Positions 57,174 to 63,827 of a stretch of DNA of 64,000 nucleotides are shown one piece after another. The stretch comes from a virus (lineage: Duplodnaviria; Caudoviricetes), in IMG/VR virus record IMGVR_UViG_3300022719_000071, positions 192,001 to 256,000 of that record, one strand, 5' to 3'. The notes beneath the pieces are model-generated. The model saw only the letters and a program-made list of their open reading frames with translations. It did not search any database and was not told the origin of the DNA. The first letter of the stretch is position 1; each line of letters starts with the position of its first letter. Position numbers and translations under genes: made by a program.

Positions 57174-57299
57174 ATGAGCAAGTCCCGTACATCGCAACCG
57201 AGTGCCAAGGCAGCAGTCATGCGCCCTGCGTATCGTTCTCGGGTAGCTCGTGACAAGAGCAAATATCATCGCCCCTCAACAAAGCGTGAGGGCTACTGA
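57174..57299 (+). CDS. Small basic ArfA-like protein (41 aa), absent from the ORF track
   Basis: MSKSRTSQPSAKAAVMRPAYRSRVARDKSKYHRPSTKREGY; P.(F/Y)R.RV.(K/R)(N/D)K...Y.R as in ArfA; GGAGA RBS. Confidence 0.55.
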   Translation: MSKSRTSQPSAKAAVMRPAYRSRVARDKSKYHRPSTKREGY

Positions 57300-57391
57300 T
57301 GAACAACATCACTTAAGGAATTAGACACAAGATTCAAGCGAATGTTGGAGGGAGCCGAAGAACTTCAAAAGAGCAAGGACACGGATGACCA

Positions 57392-57718
57392 ATGAAAATT
57401 AAAGTTTTATTCAATGATCACACTAAAAAGTACCGGATTTCTTACCAAACCGGACGGCTGTTCACTCGTTGGAAATTCGCACAGCGAGTTCTTGTCTCGT
57501 CTCAAGTCAGTCAAATCGGTATGGCCAAGTACGTGGAGTCTTCCATCGAGATCGCTGAGTTCGATTCCATAGGCGAGGCTGAGGAATTCATCGCCAAGCA
57601 CGTCGCCCCACAGAGCGAGTGGTACGATCCACGAAGTGATGCTTGGACCGTGGAGGCTGAGGTTGACATTCCTGGCAAGAAAGGGTATCATGTACCAACC
57701 TTAGAAATCGGAAAGTAA
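57392..57718 (+). CDS. Hypothetical protein
   Basis: 108-aa ORF in a higher-GC, early-type gene block. Confidence 0.6.
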   Translation: MKIKVLFNDHTKKYRISYQTGRLFTRWKFAQRVLVSSQVSQIGMAKYVESSIEIAEFDSIGEAEEFIAKHVAPQSEWYDPRSDAWTVEAEVDIPGKKGYHVPTLEIGK

Positions 57719-57724
57719 AATCTG

Positions 57725-58834
57725 ATGCAAACATACCCGACCCTGTACTCTCGTGACACCATTGGCAACATCCGTGTCTGGTGGATGGAACGTGATGGTT
57801 TTCACTATCGCACCGCATCTGGTATCAAGGATGGAGAGATCGTGCATTCGGAGTGGCGTCGTGCGTACGTGACGAACCAAGGCAAGGCCAACGAACGTTC
57901 CGCCGAGATCCAAGCCGACGCCGAAATCAAATCGTCATACGACAAGAAGCTACGCATGAAGTACCACGAGGCTGAGGCTGACGTGGACAAGGACAAGTAT
58001 TTCAAGCCGATGCTCGCCAAGGAGTTCGGCAAGGAAACTTCCAAGAAGGGCGTTTCCTTCCCCGTGCACAGCCAACCGAAGCTGGATGGCATTCGTTGCC
58101 TTGTCACCGCCGAGGGTGCATGGTCCCGCACAGGCAAGCCTATTCTGGCGATTCCGCACATCCTGGAGGCCCTGGCTCCACTGTTTGCGAAAGACCCCGA
58201 TCTAGTACTCGACGGCGAGCTGTACAATCACGACCTGAAGGATGACTTTAATACCATCACGTCCGTGGTTCGCAAACTGGAGCCTAATCCCGAGCAGCTT
58301 GCTGATTCAGCACGCCTGATTCAGTATCACGTGTACGACTGTCCGTCCGTGGATGGATCATTTGAAATTCGCATTAATACTCTGGTTGCTCTGCTGATGA
58401 ACATGCCCGAGTGTGTCGTTCTGGTGGACACGCAGTTTGTGTTGGATCAGGAGACTCTGGATTTCTTGTACGCTGAGTACATGAAGAACGGCTACGAGGG
58501 ACAGATGGTGCGCCTGGGTGGAACCTACGAGCAGAAGCGCTCGAAGTTCCTATTGAAGCGCAAAGAGTTCAAGGATGCCGAGTTCGAGATCGTGGAGGTA
58601 AAGTCGGGGCAAGGGAATTGGGAAGGTTACGCCAAGACCCTGACCGTGCGTCTTCCTGACGGCAGAACGTGCGATTCGGGTATGCGTGGTAATCAGCAGT
58701 ACCTGAAGGAAGTACTGGAGAACGCTGACTCCTATGTCGGCAAGCAGGCGACCATTCGCTACCAGGATCTGACTCCGGACGGCAAGCTTAGGTTTCCTGT
58801 TGCCGTGGCGCTGCACCTGGAGGAGCGCTGGTGA
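57725..58834 (+). CDS. lig: ATP-dependent DNA ligase
   Basis: QPKLDGIRC (KxDG), LDGELY, YHVYD, GYEGQMVR, LLKRKEFKDAE, LRFPV. Confidence 0.95.
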   Translation: MQTYPTLYSRDTIGNIRVWWMERDGFHYRTASGIKDGEIVHSEWRRAYVTNQGKANERSAEIQADAEIKSSYDKKLRMKYHEAEADVDKDKYFKPMLAKEFGKETSKKGVSFPVHSQPKLDGIRCLVTAEGAWSRTGKPILAIPHILEALAPLFAKDPDLVLDGELYNHDLKDDFNTITSVVRKLEPNPEQLADSARLIQYHVYDCPSVDGSFEIRINTLVALLMNMPECVVLVDTQFVLDQETLDFLYAEYMKNGYEGQMVRLGGTYEQKRSKFLLKRKEFKDAEFEIVEVKSGQGNWEGYAKTLTVRLPDGRTCDSGMRGNQQYLKEVLENADSYVGKQATIRYQDLTPDGKLRFPVAVALHLEERW

Positions 58835-59022
58835 GCGAAATGAAGAAGCCTACTGACATCATTGTTGATATTCATCGTGAACTTGAGGCTCTTGCGGAGG
58901 CTGCTGTACAGGAACAGCATGCTGATGCCAGCCGTGTTGATAGCACACTCGACTACTACGAGGATGAATTTGCGAAATGGATCGTAGCCAAATTTAAGAA
59001 GGAAGTTCTAGATGAAAATTAA
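58831..59022 (+). CDS. Small acidic hypothetical protein
   Basis: 63 aa, GGAGG RBS, coupled to both neighbours. Confidence 0.55.
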   Translation: MSEMKKPTDIIVDIHRELEALAEAAVQEQHADASRVDSTLDYYEDEFAKWIVAKFKKEVLDEN

Positions 59023-59368
59023 GGTCTTTCTGGACGACGTGCGTAAGGAGCCTGTTGGATGGGTACGGGCGCACACGGCCCAGGACGCTATCGAGTGGCT
59101 TCAGGAGAGAGAGGTAAGCCACATCAGCCTGGACCATGACCTGGGTTCAGAAGAGGCTGGTACTGGCTACGACGTGTTGAAGTGGATTGAGAGGGAGGTC
59201 GCCATGGCTGGTTATGAGCCTCCGCACATGACCATTCATTCTGCCAATCCAGTGGGTCGTAAGCGCATGGAGATGGCGATCCAGAGCATCCTGCGTCTGT
59301 ATGAGGTAGCTAACATGGAGTACCAGGAGGATGGATATAGCGGCCCTGGTGAAGATAATTGGGACTAA
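59012..59368 (+). CDS. Cyclic-phosphate-processing receiver-like domain protein
   Basis: VFLDDVR..P.GW, ISLDHDLG, TGYDVLKWIE, IHSANPVGR.RM. Confidence 0.7.
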   Translation: MKIKVFLDDVRKEPVGWVRAHTAQDAIEWLQEREVSHISLDHDLGSEEAGTGYDVLKWIEREVAMAGYEPPHMTIHSANPVGRKRMEMAIQSILRLYEVANMEYQEDGYSGPGEDNWD

Positions 59369-59372
59369 CCTC

Positions 59373-59401
59373 TTGACTTCTTGTTGGGACAATGATAAAT
59401 A
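59373..59401 (+). promoter_or_regulatory. Hybrid promoter of tRNA/ncRNA cluster 2
   Basis: TTGACT-N17-TAAATA. Confidence 0.7.
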
Positions 59402-59404
59402 TAG

Positions 59405-59630
59405 ACTGTGCATTGCTTAGTAGCGGTCTACCACGGGATACACCGGGAGGAGTGAACGCAGTGTGACCGAGTGTGAAGATTCAGACGGCGACCTGTGATG
59501 TGTCAATTCTAAGCAGGAAAGCCCTCTGACATAAGACGTTTGTATCGGATCACTTGAAGAATTGACTGTAACTCACGGCAGCCAGATAAAGGCAGGTTCG
59601 TGAGCGGTGGGATGGAAGTTCCCGCCTATT
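59405..59630 (+). ncRNA. Candidate structured ncRNA (unknown class) upstream of tRNA-Asp
   Basis: No ORF; long-range helices GTCAATTCT/AGAATTGAC and CTCACG/CGTGAG; terminal GGTGGGA-TGGAAGT-TCCCGCC hairpin. Confidence 0.5.
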
Positions 59631-59632
59631 AC

Positions 59633-59710
59633 GGTTGTGTAGCTCAATCTGGTTAGAGCACTCCCCTGTCACGGGAAAGGTTGAGGGTTCGAATCCCTTC
59701 ACGACCGCCA
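59633..59710 (+). tRNA. tRNA-Asp(GTC)
   Basis: GGTTGTG/CACGACC; anticodon arm CTCCC-CTGTCAC-GGGAA; GAGGG-TTCGAAT-CCCTT; G-CCA. Confidence 0.9.
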
Positions 59711-59831
59711 ATTTAGAGAAACACATCGCCTGTCTGAGCTTTGTGTGGGGACCATACCACTAGGTTGATAGTGGACAGACCGAGACCACGGGCTTATGTC
59801 ACGTGGGATGCAATGGAAGTTTGCAATTAAT

Positions 59832-59910
59832 GGCCCGTTAGCATAGTCTGTCCTAATGCGCCAGCTTGTCACGCTGGAGATCAAGGGTTAGAATCCCTTA
59901 CGGGTCGCCA
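59832..59910 (+). tRNA. tRNA-Asp(GTC), variant copy
   Basis: GGCCCGT/ACGGGTC; anticodon arm CCAGC-TTGTCAC-GCTGG; T-loop TTAGAAT; D-loop lacks GG; G-CCA. Confidence 0.72.
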
Positions 59911-59939
59911 AGTTTTTGGCCAACATGGAAGTTCCTTGT

Positions 59940-60078
59940 CAACGTGGTATCAGCGTAAATGACGGGTCGGCCAAGGGGAGTTGTGTGACTTCACTCTCGC
60001 CAAACTCTCTGGAAGGAGAGCTAATATTAAAAGGCCGAAAAGTGATACTGGAGTTCTGTGATTGAATACTCCATTTAA
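59940..60078 (+). ncRNA. Candidate multibranch structured RNA (unknown class)
   Basis: Nested helices GGTATCA/TGATACT, TCGGCC/GGCCGA, GGGAGT/ACTCTC, CTCTC-TGGAAG-GAGAG, then TGGAGT/ACTCCA. Confidence 0.45.
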
Positions 60079-60080
60079 CC

Positions 60081-60188
60081 ATGGTTTTGTTTGTGAAGTT
60101 CGATCACCCGGTGCCTGGGGTTACAAGGCTGATTATGGTTTTGTTTGTGAAATTCGATCACCCGGTGCCTGGGGTTACAAGGCTGATT
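60081..60188 (+). repeat. Tandem duplication of a 54-bp unit
   Basis: 60081-60134 and 60135-60188 are identical except one base (GAAGTT vs GAAATT). Confidence 0.95.
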
Positions 60189-60287
60189 TTTGCTTTAAAA
60201 TAGATATTATTTTATTATAAAAGTCACCGTGACTGCGACTGGATGAGGAAGCCATTTCGCAGATTCCTATGGAAGTTGGGTAAGTTT

Positions 60288-60364
60288 CAGGGTATAGCTC
60301 AGACTGGTAGAGCGCTCGTTTCGGATACGAGAGGCCGCAGGTTCAAATCCTGCTACCCTGACCA
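60288..60364 (+). tRNA. tRNA-Pro(CGG)
   Basis: CAGGGTA/TACCCTG with A73; anticodon arm CTCGT-TTCGGAT-ACGAG; GCAGG-TTCAAAT-CCTGC; CCA. Confidence 0.9.
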
Positions 60365-60366
60365 CG

Positions 60367-60389
60367 ACATGGCGTAGCTCAGTCTGGTT
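60367..60389 (+). pseudogene. Truncated 5' fragment of a tRNA
   Basis: ...ATGGCG-TAGCTCAGTCTGGTT (acceptor strand plus D-arm start) breaks off 14 nt before the stop of the convergent LamG gene. Confidence 0.5.
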
Positions 60390-60402
60390 TCTAGGTGGAT
60401 TA

Positions 60403-61236
60403 TTACGGGAAGATTCCGAATGCACCAGCGTTATAGTGATTTAAAACCTCTGTTGGTGTGAGCACACGATCATAGATAGCAAGTTCATCCACAATACCTT
60501 CTAGTGCTGTAGCAGGCTGTGGTCCCTGCAACGATCCATTGTTATATTCGTTTCCAATCAAACCTCCTGGTGCTTGACCGGAGACTGGTGTGTATTTAAT
60601 ATCACCAGTCTTGGTATCACTGGCGTCGAGTACTCCGTTGACGTAGAGAATACGACTTCCAGAGGTATATGTTCCAACCACGTGATATATTGAGCCTGCC
60701 GGAAAGACATTTCCTTGAAGGTAAGCATTACCTGCGGTGTTTTGGTTAGGACCATCAACGGTACCGAGATAGAAACGGAATGTACCAACGTTAAATCCGT
60801 AAATTAATTTGTATCCAGAGAAATCCAAAGTGCTCCCTGAAGCGTATTGAATGAGCGCTTCGTTCACATTGGGTGGTTTACACCAACATTCGATGGAAAC
60901 CGTCTTGGTTGGTTCCAAGATGGAACTCTGACCAAAGTTCCAATGGTCTGCTAGGGCGTTGTTACCCCCGACTGCTCCATCATTATCTGAAGCACCAGAA
61001 ATTAATCCAGGCTCACCGTAACGCATAGGAGCACCATTCTCAGTAGCTGTGAAACCATTACCCGAAGAATCAGCCAAAGTAGGACCAGAAGATTCACCAG
61101 CACGCCAGTAAGCAATTGGACCATCTTGTAGAATCAGAGATTCATAGGTCATTGGGCCGGATGGACCCAAACTGAGTATACCGCCGTTACTGACAATAAT
61201 TGAAGAACCGTTTTCGATTATAATTATTCCAGACAT
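60403..61236 (-). CDS. LamG/concanavalin A-like lectin domain protein, late; candidate virion decoration
   Basis: PIAYWR..E.SG....DSSGNG, SIECW, YHVVGTY, LYVNGV, F/LEG.VDELAIYDRVLT..EV..HY; TAAATA at 61262 (-); ATG 61236. Confidence 0.82.
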   Translation of the reverse strand: MSGIIIIENGSSIIVSNGGILSLGPSGPMTYESLILQDGPIAYWRAGESSGPTLADSSGNGFTATENGAPMRYGEPGLISGASDNDGAVGGNNALADHWNFGQSSILEPTKTVSIECWCKPPNVNEALIQYASGSTLDFSGYKLIYGFNVGTFRFYLGTVDGPNQNTAGNAYLQGNVFPAGSIYHVVGTYTSGSRILYVNGVLDASDTKTGDIKYTPVSGQAPGGLIGNEYNNGSLQGPQPATALEGIVDELAIYDRVLTPTEVLNHYNAGAFGIFP

Positions 61237-61298
61237 TTGAAATTTCCAAGTTCTTTTGTTATATTTACTGTTCCATCTTAACAACTCGGTCATTAGTC

Positions 61299-61733
61299 AT
61301 GCAAAACCCAGATCCTCATAATCGAGGCATGGAAGCTGTCAAGCTTGCTCATCAATACACCTGGAGACAACAGAAGAGGCTGTTCCCGGTTACTGTTGGC
61401 ATCCTGACATGGATGATGGGATACAGCTTGCTGACGTTCAGCTTTTTCCCTCTGTTTCAACTCAACATCCTTTCGTGGGTAATACTTATGGCCATTATGT
61501 TTTTGACCAGGAAAAAACTGAACGAAGAATTTCTTGAATACTTGAAATGCCAGAGAATTGGAAAAGAGATGGACTGGAAGACGGTCGTCTATAACGGATG
61601 GTTGAACTATGCTGCCACGCTAATCTGCCTGTATTGGGTTTTGATGATCGCTTGGATTTCGTTCTTTATGCCGGAAGGTGGAATCTATGAACTTTACGAG
61701 ATGGATCCCACCAACAAACCCTTGACTTCCTAA
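61299..61733 (+). CDS. Multi-pass membrane protein
   Basis: Three to four hydrophobic segments; 144 aa. Confidence 0.65.
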   Translation: MQNPDPHNRGMEAVKLAHQYTWRQQKRLFPVTVGILTWMMGYSLLTFSFFPLFQLNILSWVILMAIMFLTRKKLNEEFLEYLKCQRIGKEMDWKTVVYNGWLNYAATLICLYWVLMIAWISFFMPEGGIYELYEMDPTNKPLTS

Positions 61734-61752
61734 CCCTAACTACCTATAAATA
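61722..61752 (+). promoter_or_regulatory. Hybrid promoter of tRNA cluster 3
   Basis: TTGACT-N17-TATAAATA. Confidence 0.75.
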
Positions 61753-61949
61753 CAACATGCAACGACGGTATCCTGTCGCATTGTGTTTACCATCATAAAG
61801 TGTGCACACTTTATTGATGAGAATGAGGCTTTTTATGTGAGATTTTGCGCCTCGTGTTATGGACATAATAAGTTTGTCATAGCACACCAGACATTGAATC
61901 TGGGTAAGCAGCAACCTATTCATTCATTAATGGGAATGAAGTTGTACCA

Positions 61950-62022
61950 GCTTAATGGTGGAATGGTTAGACACATCTGGTTTAAAACTAGACACATTGC
62001 AGGTTCGAATCCTGCTTAAGCA
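61950..62022 (+). pseudogene. Degenerate tRNA-Leu(TAA)
   Basis: Leu-type D-arm TGGTGGAATGGTTAGACAC; anticodon arm TCTGG-TTTAAAA-CTAGA; GCAGG-TTCGAAT-CCTGC; only a 6-bp acceptor, no long variable arm, no CCA. Confidence 0.65.
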
Positions 62023-62102
62023 ATTGGATAAATCATCACCGTGACTGCGATGGAGGATACATACGCAGATATCGATGGAAGTTCGATAAAATTGCAGACA
62101 CT

Positions 62103-62181
62103 CAGGGTATAGCTCAGTCTGGTCAGAGCGCTGGTCTTGGGAACCAGAGGTCCGCAGGTTCGAATCCTGCTACCCTGACCA
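62103..62181 (+). tRNA. tRNA-Pro(TGG)
   Basis: CAGGGTA/TACCCTG with A73; anticodon arm CTGGT-CTTGGGA-ACCAG; GCAGG-TTCGAAT-CCTGC; CCA. Confidence 0.92.
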
Positions 62182-62314
62182 AATCTTGTACTAAATGCTT
62201 ACAAGAAAAGTCGTTAACCGAATTTCCGGATTAGGAGTCGATCCAAAGGGACTTATCAATCATGGTGTAATCGGCACATATTCAGAACTCATGGATATTC
62301 AACGGGAGATCCGA

Positions 62315-62659
62315 ATGAACATTTCAATGCTACTCAGGGCACTCCTGGGCGCACTGCTTCTAACGACAATGTCCGTTCAAGCGGACGAGCCCAAGACACT
62401 TCATCAATACCTTCTGGTGTCCGAGGTTGACTTCGTTCTAAATCATAGCACTCGTGTGCTCATCGTATTAAGTCCTGGAACCACAGGATGGACAACTCCA
62501 ACAGAAGCTTGTGCTGGCGTATCAAAGTTTGATACGATTGTTCGTAAGGTCGTCTTCACCGACGCCAGCACTACAACAGTTTCTACAGATCTTGTTTGGA
62601 ATTCTGACACACGAACCCTAACCAATCTTGGTGGCCGTAATGAAGCTACCTGCAACTAA
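62315..62659 (+). CDS. Secreted/periplasmic hypothetical protein
   Basis: ATG 62315 with GGGAG RBS; signal peptide ending SVQA. Confidence 0.65.
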   Translation: MNISMLLRALLGALLLTTMSVQADEPKTLHQYLLVSEVDFVLNHSTRVLIVLSPGTTGWTTPTEACAGVSKFDTIVRKVVFTDASTTTVSTDLVWNSDTRTLTNLGGRNEATCN

Positions 62660-62669
62660 GGACCAACAC

Positions 62670-63053
62670 ATGAAACTTCAAGTATTGGCAGCCGCAGCAC
62701 TAGCGGCAACAGCATTCGTCGCATCGGCTGGTGAATACCGCAACGACTATTCACGTGGCGACATGGGAATGGGTTCCGGAAACACCCAGACTATTACCAT
62801 CACCGGGAACGGTGATGGTGGCGTTACAGTCCGTCCGATTTCCTCGTTCATTCTTCCGATTTCCCCGTTCATCCTCTCCAACCCTCGTCAGGCATGCCGT
62901 TACCCAAGCAATCTGTATCGAGCTGGCGATCATTGCCTCGTTCCAGGTGAACCAGAGGCACCGAAGACTGCGCCTGTAAAGGTAGAAGAGCCTCATCCTC
63001 CTGTAGTGGAACCGCTCATCCCTGTCGCCCCTGTAAAGCCTGAGAACGGCTAA
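62670..63053 (+). CDS. Secreted Pro-rich hypothetical protein
   Basis: ATG 62670 with AAGGA RBS; signal peptide MKLQVLAAAALAATAFVASA; CRYP...C motif. Confidence 0.65.
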   Translation: MKLQVLAAAALAATAFVASAGEYRNDYSRGDMGMGSGNTQTITITGNGDGGVTVRPISSFILPISPFILSNPRQACRYPSNLYRAGDHCLVPGEPEAPKTAPVKVEEPHPPVVEPLIPVAPVKPENG

Positions 63054-63062
63054 GGATGTGTT

Positions 63063-63827
63063 ATGCGGGCGCTGTTGGCTTTAGTGCTTCTCCTTAAGTG
63101 CGTCGAAGTAGCTGGCAGCGTACAGTTCCACGAGCGACCGGAGGTTAGGGAACACCTGACCTCCGGTCCTGTAATCATTGTAAACATACCAGAATTCAAG
63201 CTTAGACTCTATCGTGATGGAGAGCTTCAGCTTGAGTCTCGTGTTATCCTCGGCAAAGAAACTAGACAGACACCCGAGATGGTGGCCGAGATCCAGCACG
63301 TCATACTGAACCCGTACTGGAACATTTCGAACAAATTGGCTCGTGCCGATATCCTACCTCGATACGTGAAAGACCCCAAGCGTCTTGAGAGAGATGGATA
63401 CCAACTAGTCAGTGGGTGGAACCCTGACTCCAGAGTAGTCGATCCACTGAAGGTTGACATCGGGGCTTGCGTAAGGACCGGAGACTGTTCTTTCAGAATC
63501 CGACAAACACCAGGGGATCATAATTTCCTTGGTGCTGTGAAATTCTCCATGCCAAACCCCTACAACGTGTACATCCATGATACACCAGCCAAGCATCTTT
63601 TCTCAAGAAAGAAAAGAACCTTCAGTTCCGGTTGCATTCGTACTGACTCTCCGATTGAGTTAGCTATTCATTTATTGGGGAAATCGAGAGCCGATGTAGA
63701 ATCGAGAATTGCATCTGGGACTCGACAGGAAATCTACCTAGAAACTCCAGTTAAGGTGGTGGTCGTAAACATCATGACGCCCGATGGAATACCCGTGTAC
63801 CCGACCAAAATGGTGTACGATCAATGA
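63063..63827 (+). CDS. L,D-transpeptidase (YcbB/LdtD-type catalytic domain) with signal peptide
   Basis: VNIPEFKL, RVI.GK..RQTP, NPYW, RQTPG..N.LGAVKF, VYIHDTP...LF....RTFSSGCIR (His and Cys catalytic). Confidence 0.9.
   Translation: MRALLALVLLLKCVEVAGSVQFHERPEVREHLTSGPVIIVNIPEFKLRLYRDGELQLESRVILGKETRQTPEMVAEIQHVILNPYWNISNKLARADILPRYVKDPKRLERDGYQLVSGWNPDSRVVDPLKVDIGACVRTGDCSFRIRQTPGDHNFLGAVKFSMPNPYNVYIHDTPAKHLFSRKKRTFSSGCIRTDSPIELAIHLLGKSRADVESRIASGTRQEIYLETPVKVVVVNIMTPDGIPVYPTKMVYDQ

Noticed and set aside
57299-57394. Possible frameshifted small gene after the ArfA-like ORF
   Set aside because: ATG gives 5 codons; the +1 frame reads plausibly for ~30 aa but there is no homology evidence.
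59711-59945. HDV-like (theta) ribozymes at tRNA 3' ends
   Set aside because: The trailers do not start with a pairable G+1 P1 and I could not build the nested double pseudoknot by eye.
59955-60045. Hammerhead ribozyme suggested by GGCCGAAA
   Set aside because: The CUGANGA core is missing (ATGACGG-GTC precedes the stem); the geometry does not fit.
61885-61905. CCAGA-CATTGAA-TCTGG anticodon-arm-like hairpin, and a D-arm-like TGGTGTAATCGGCA near 62260
   Set aside because: No matching acceptor or T arm; cannot be called tRNA.
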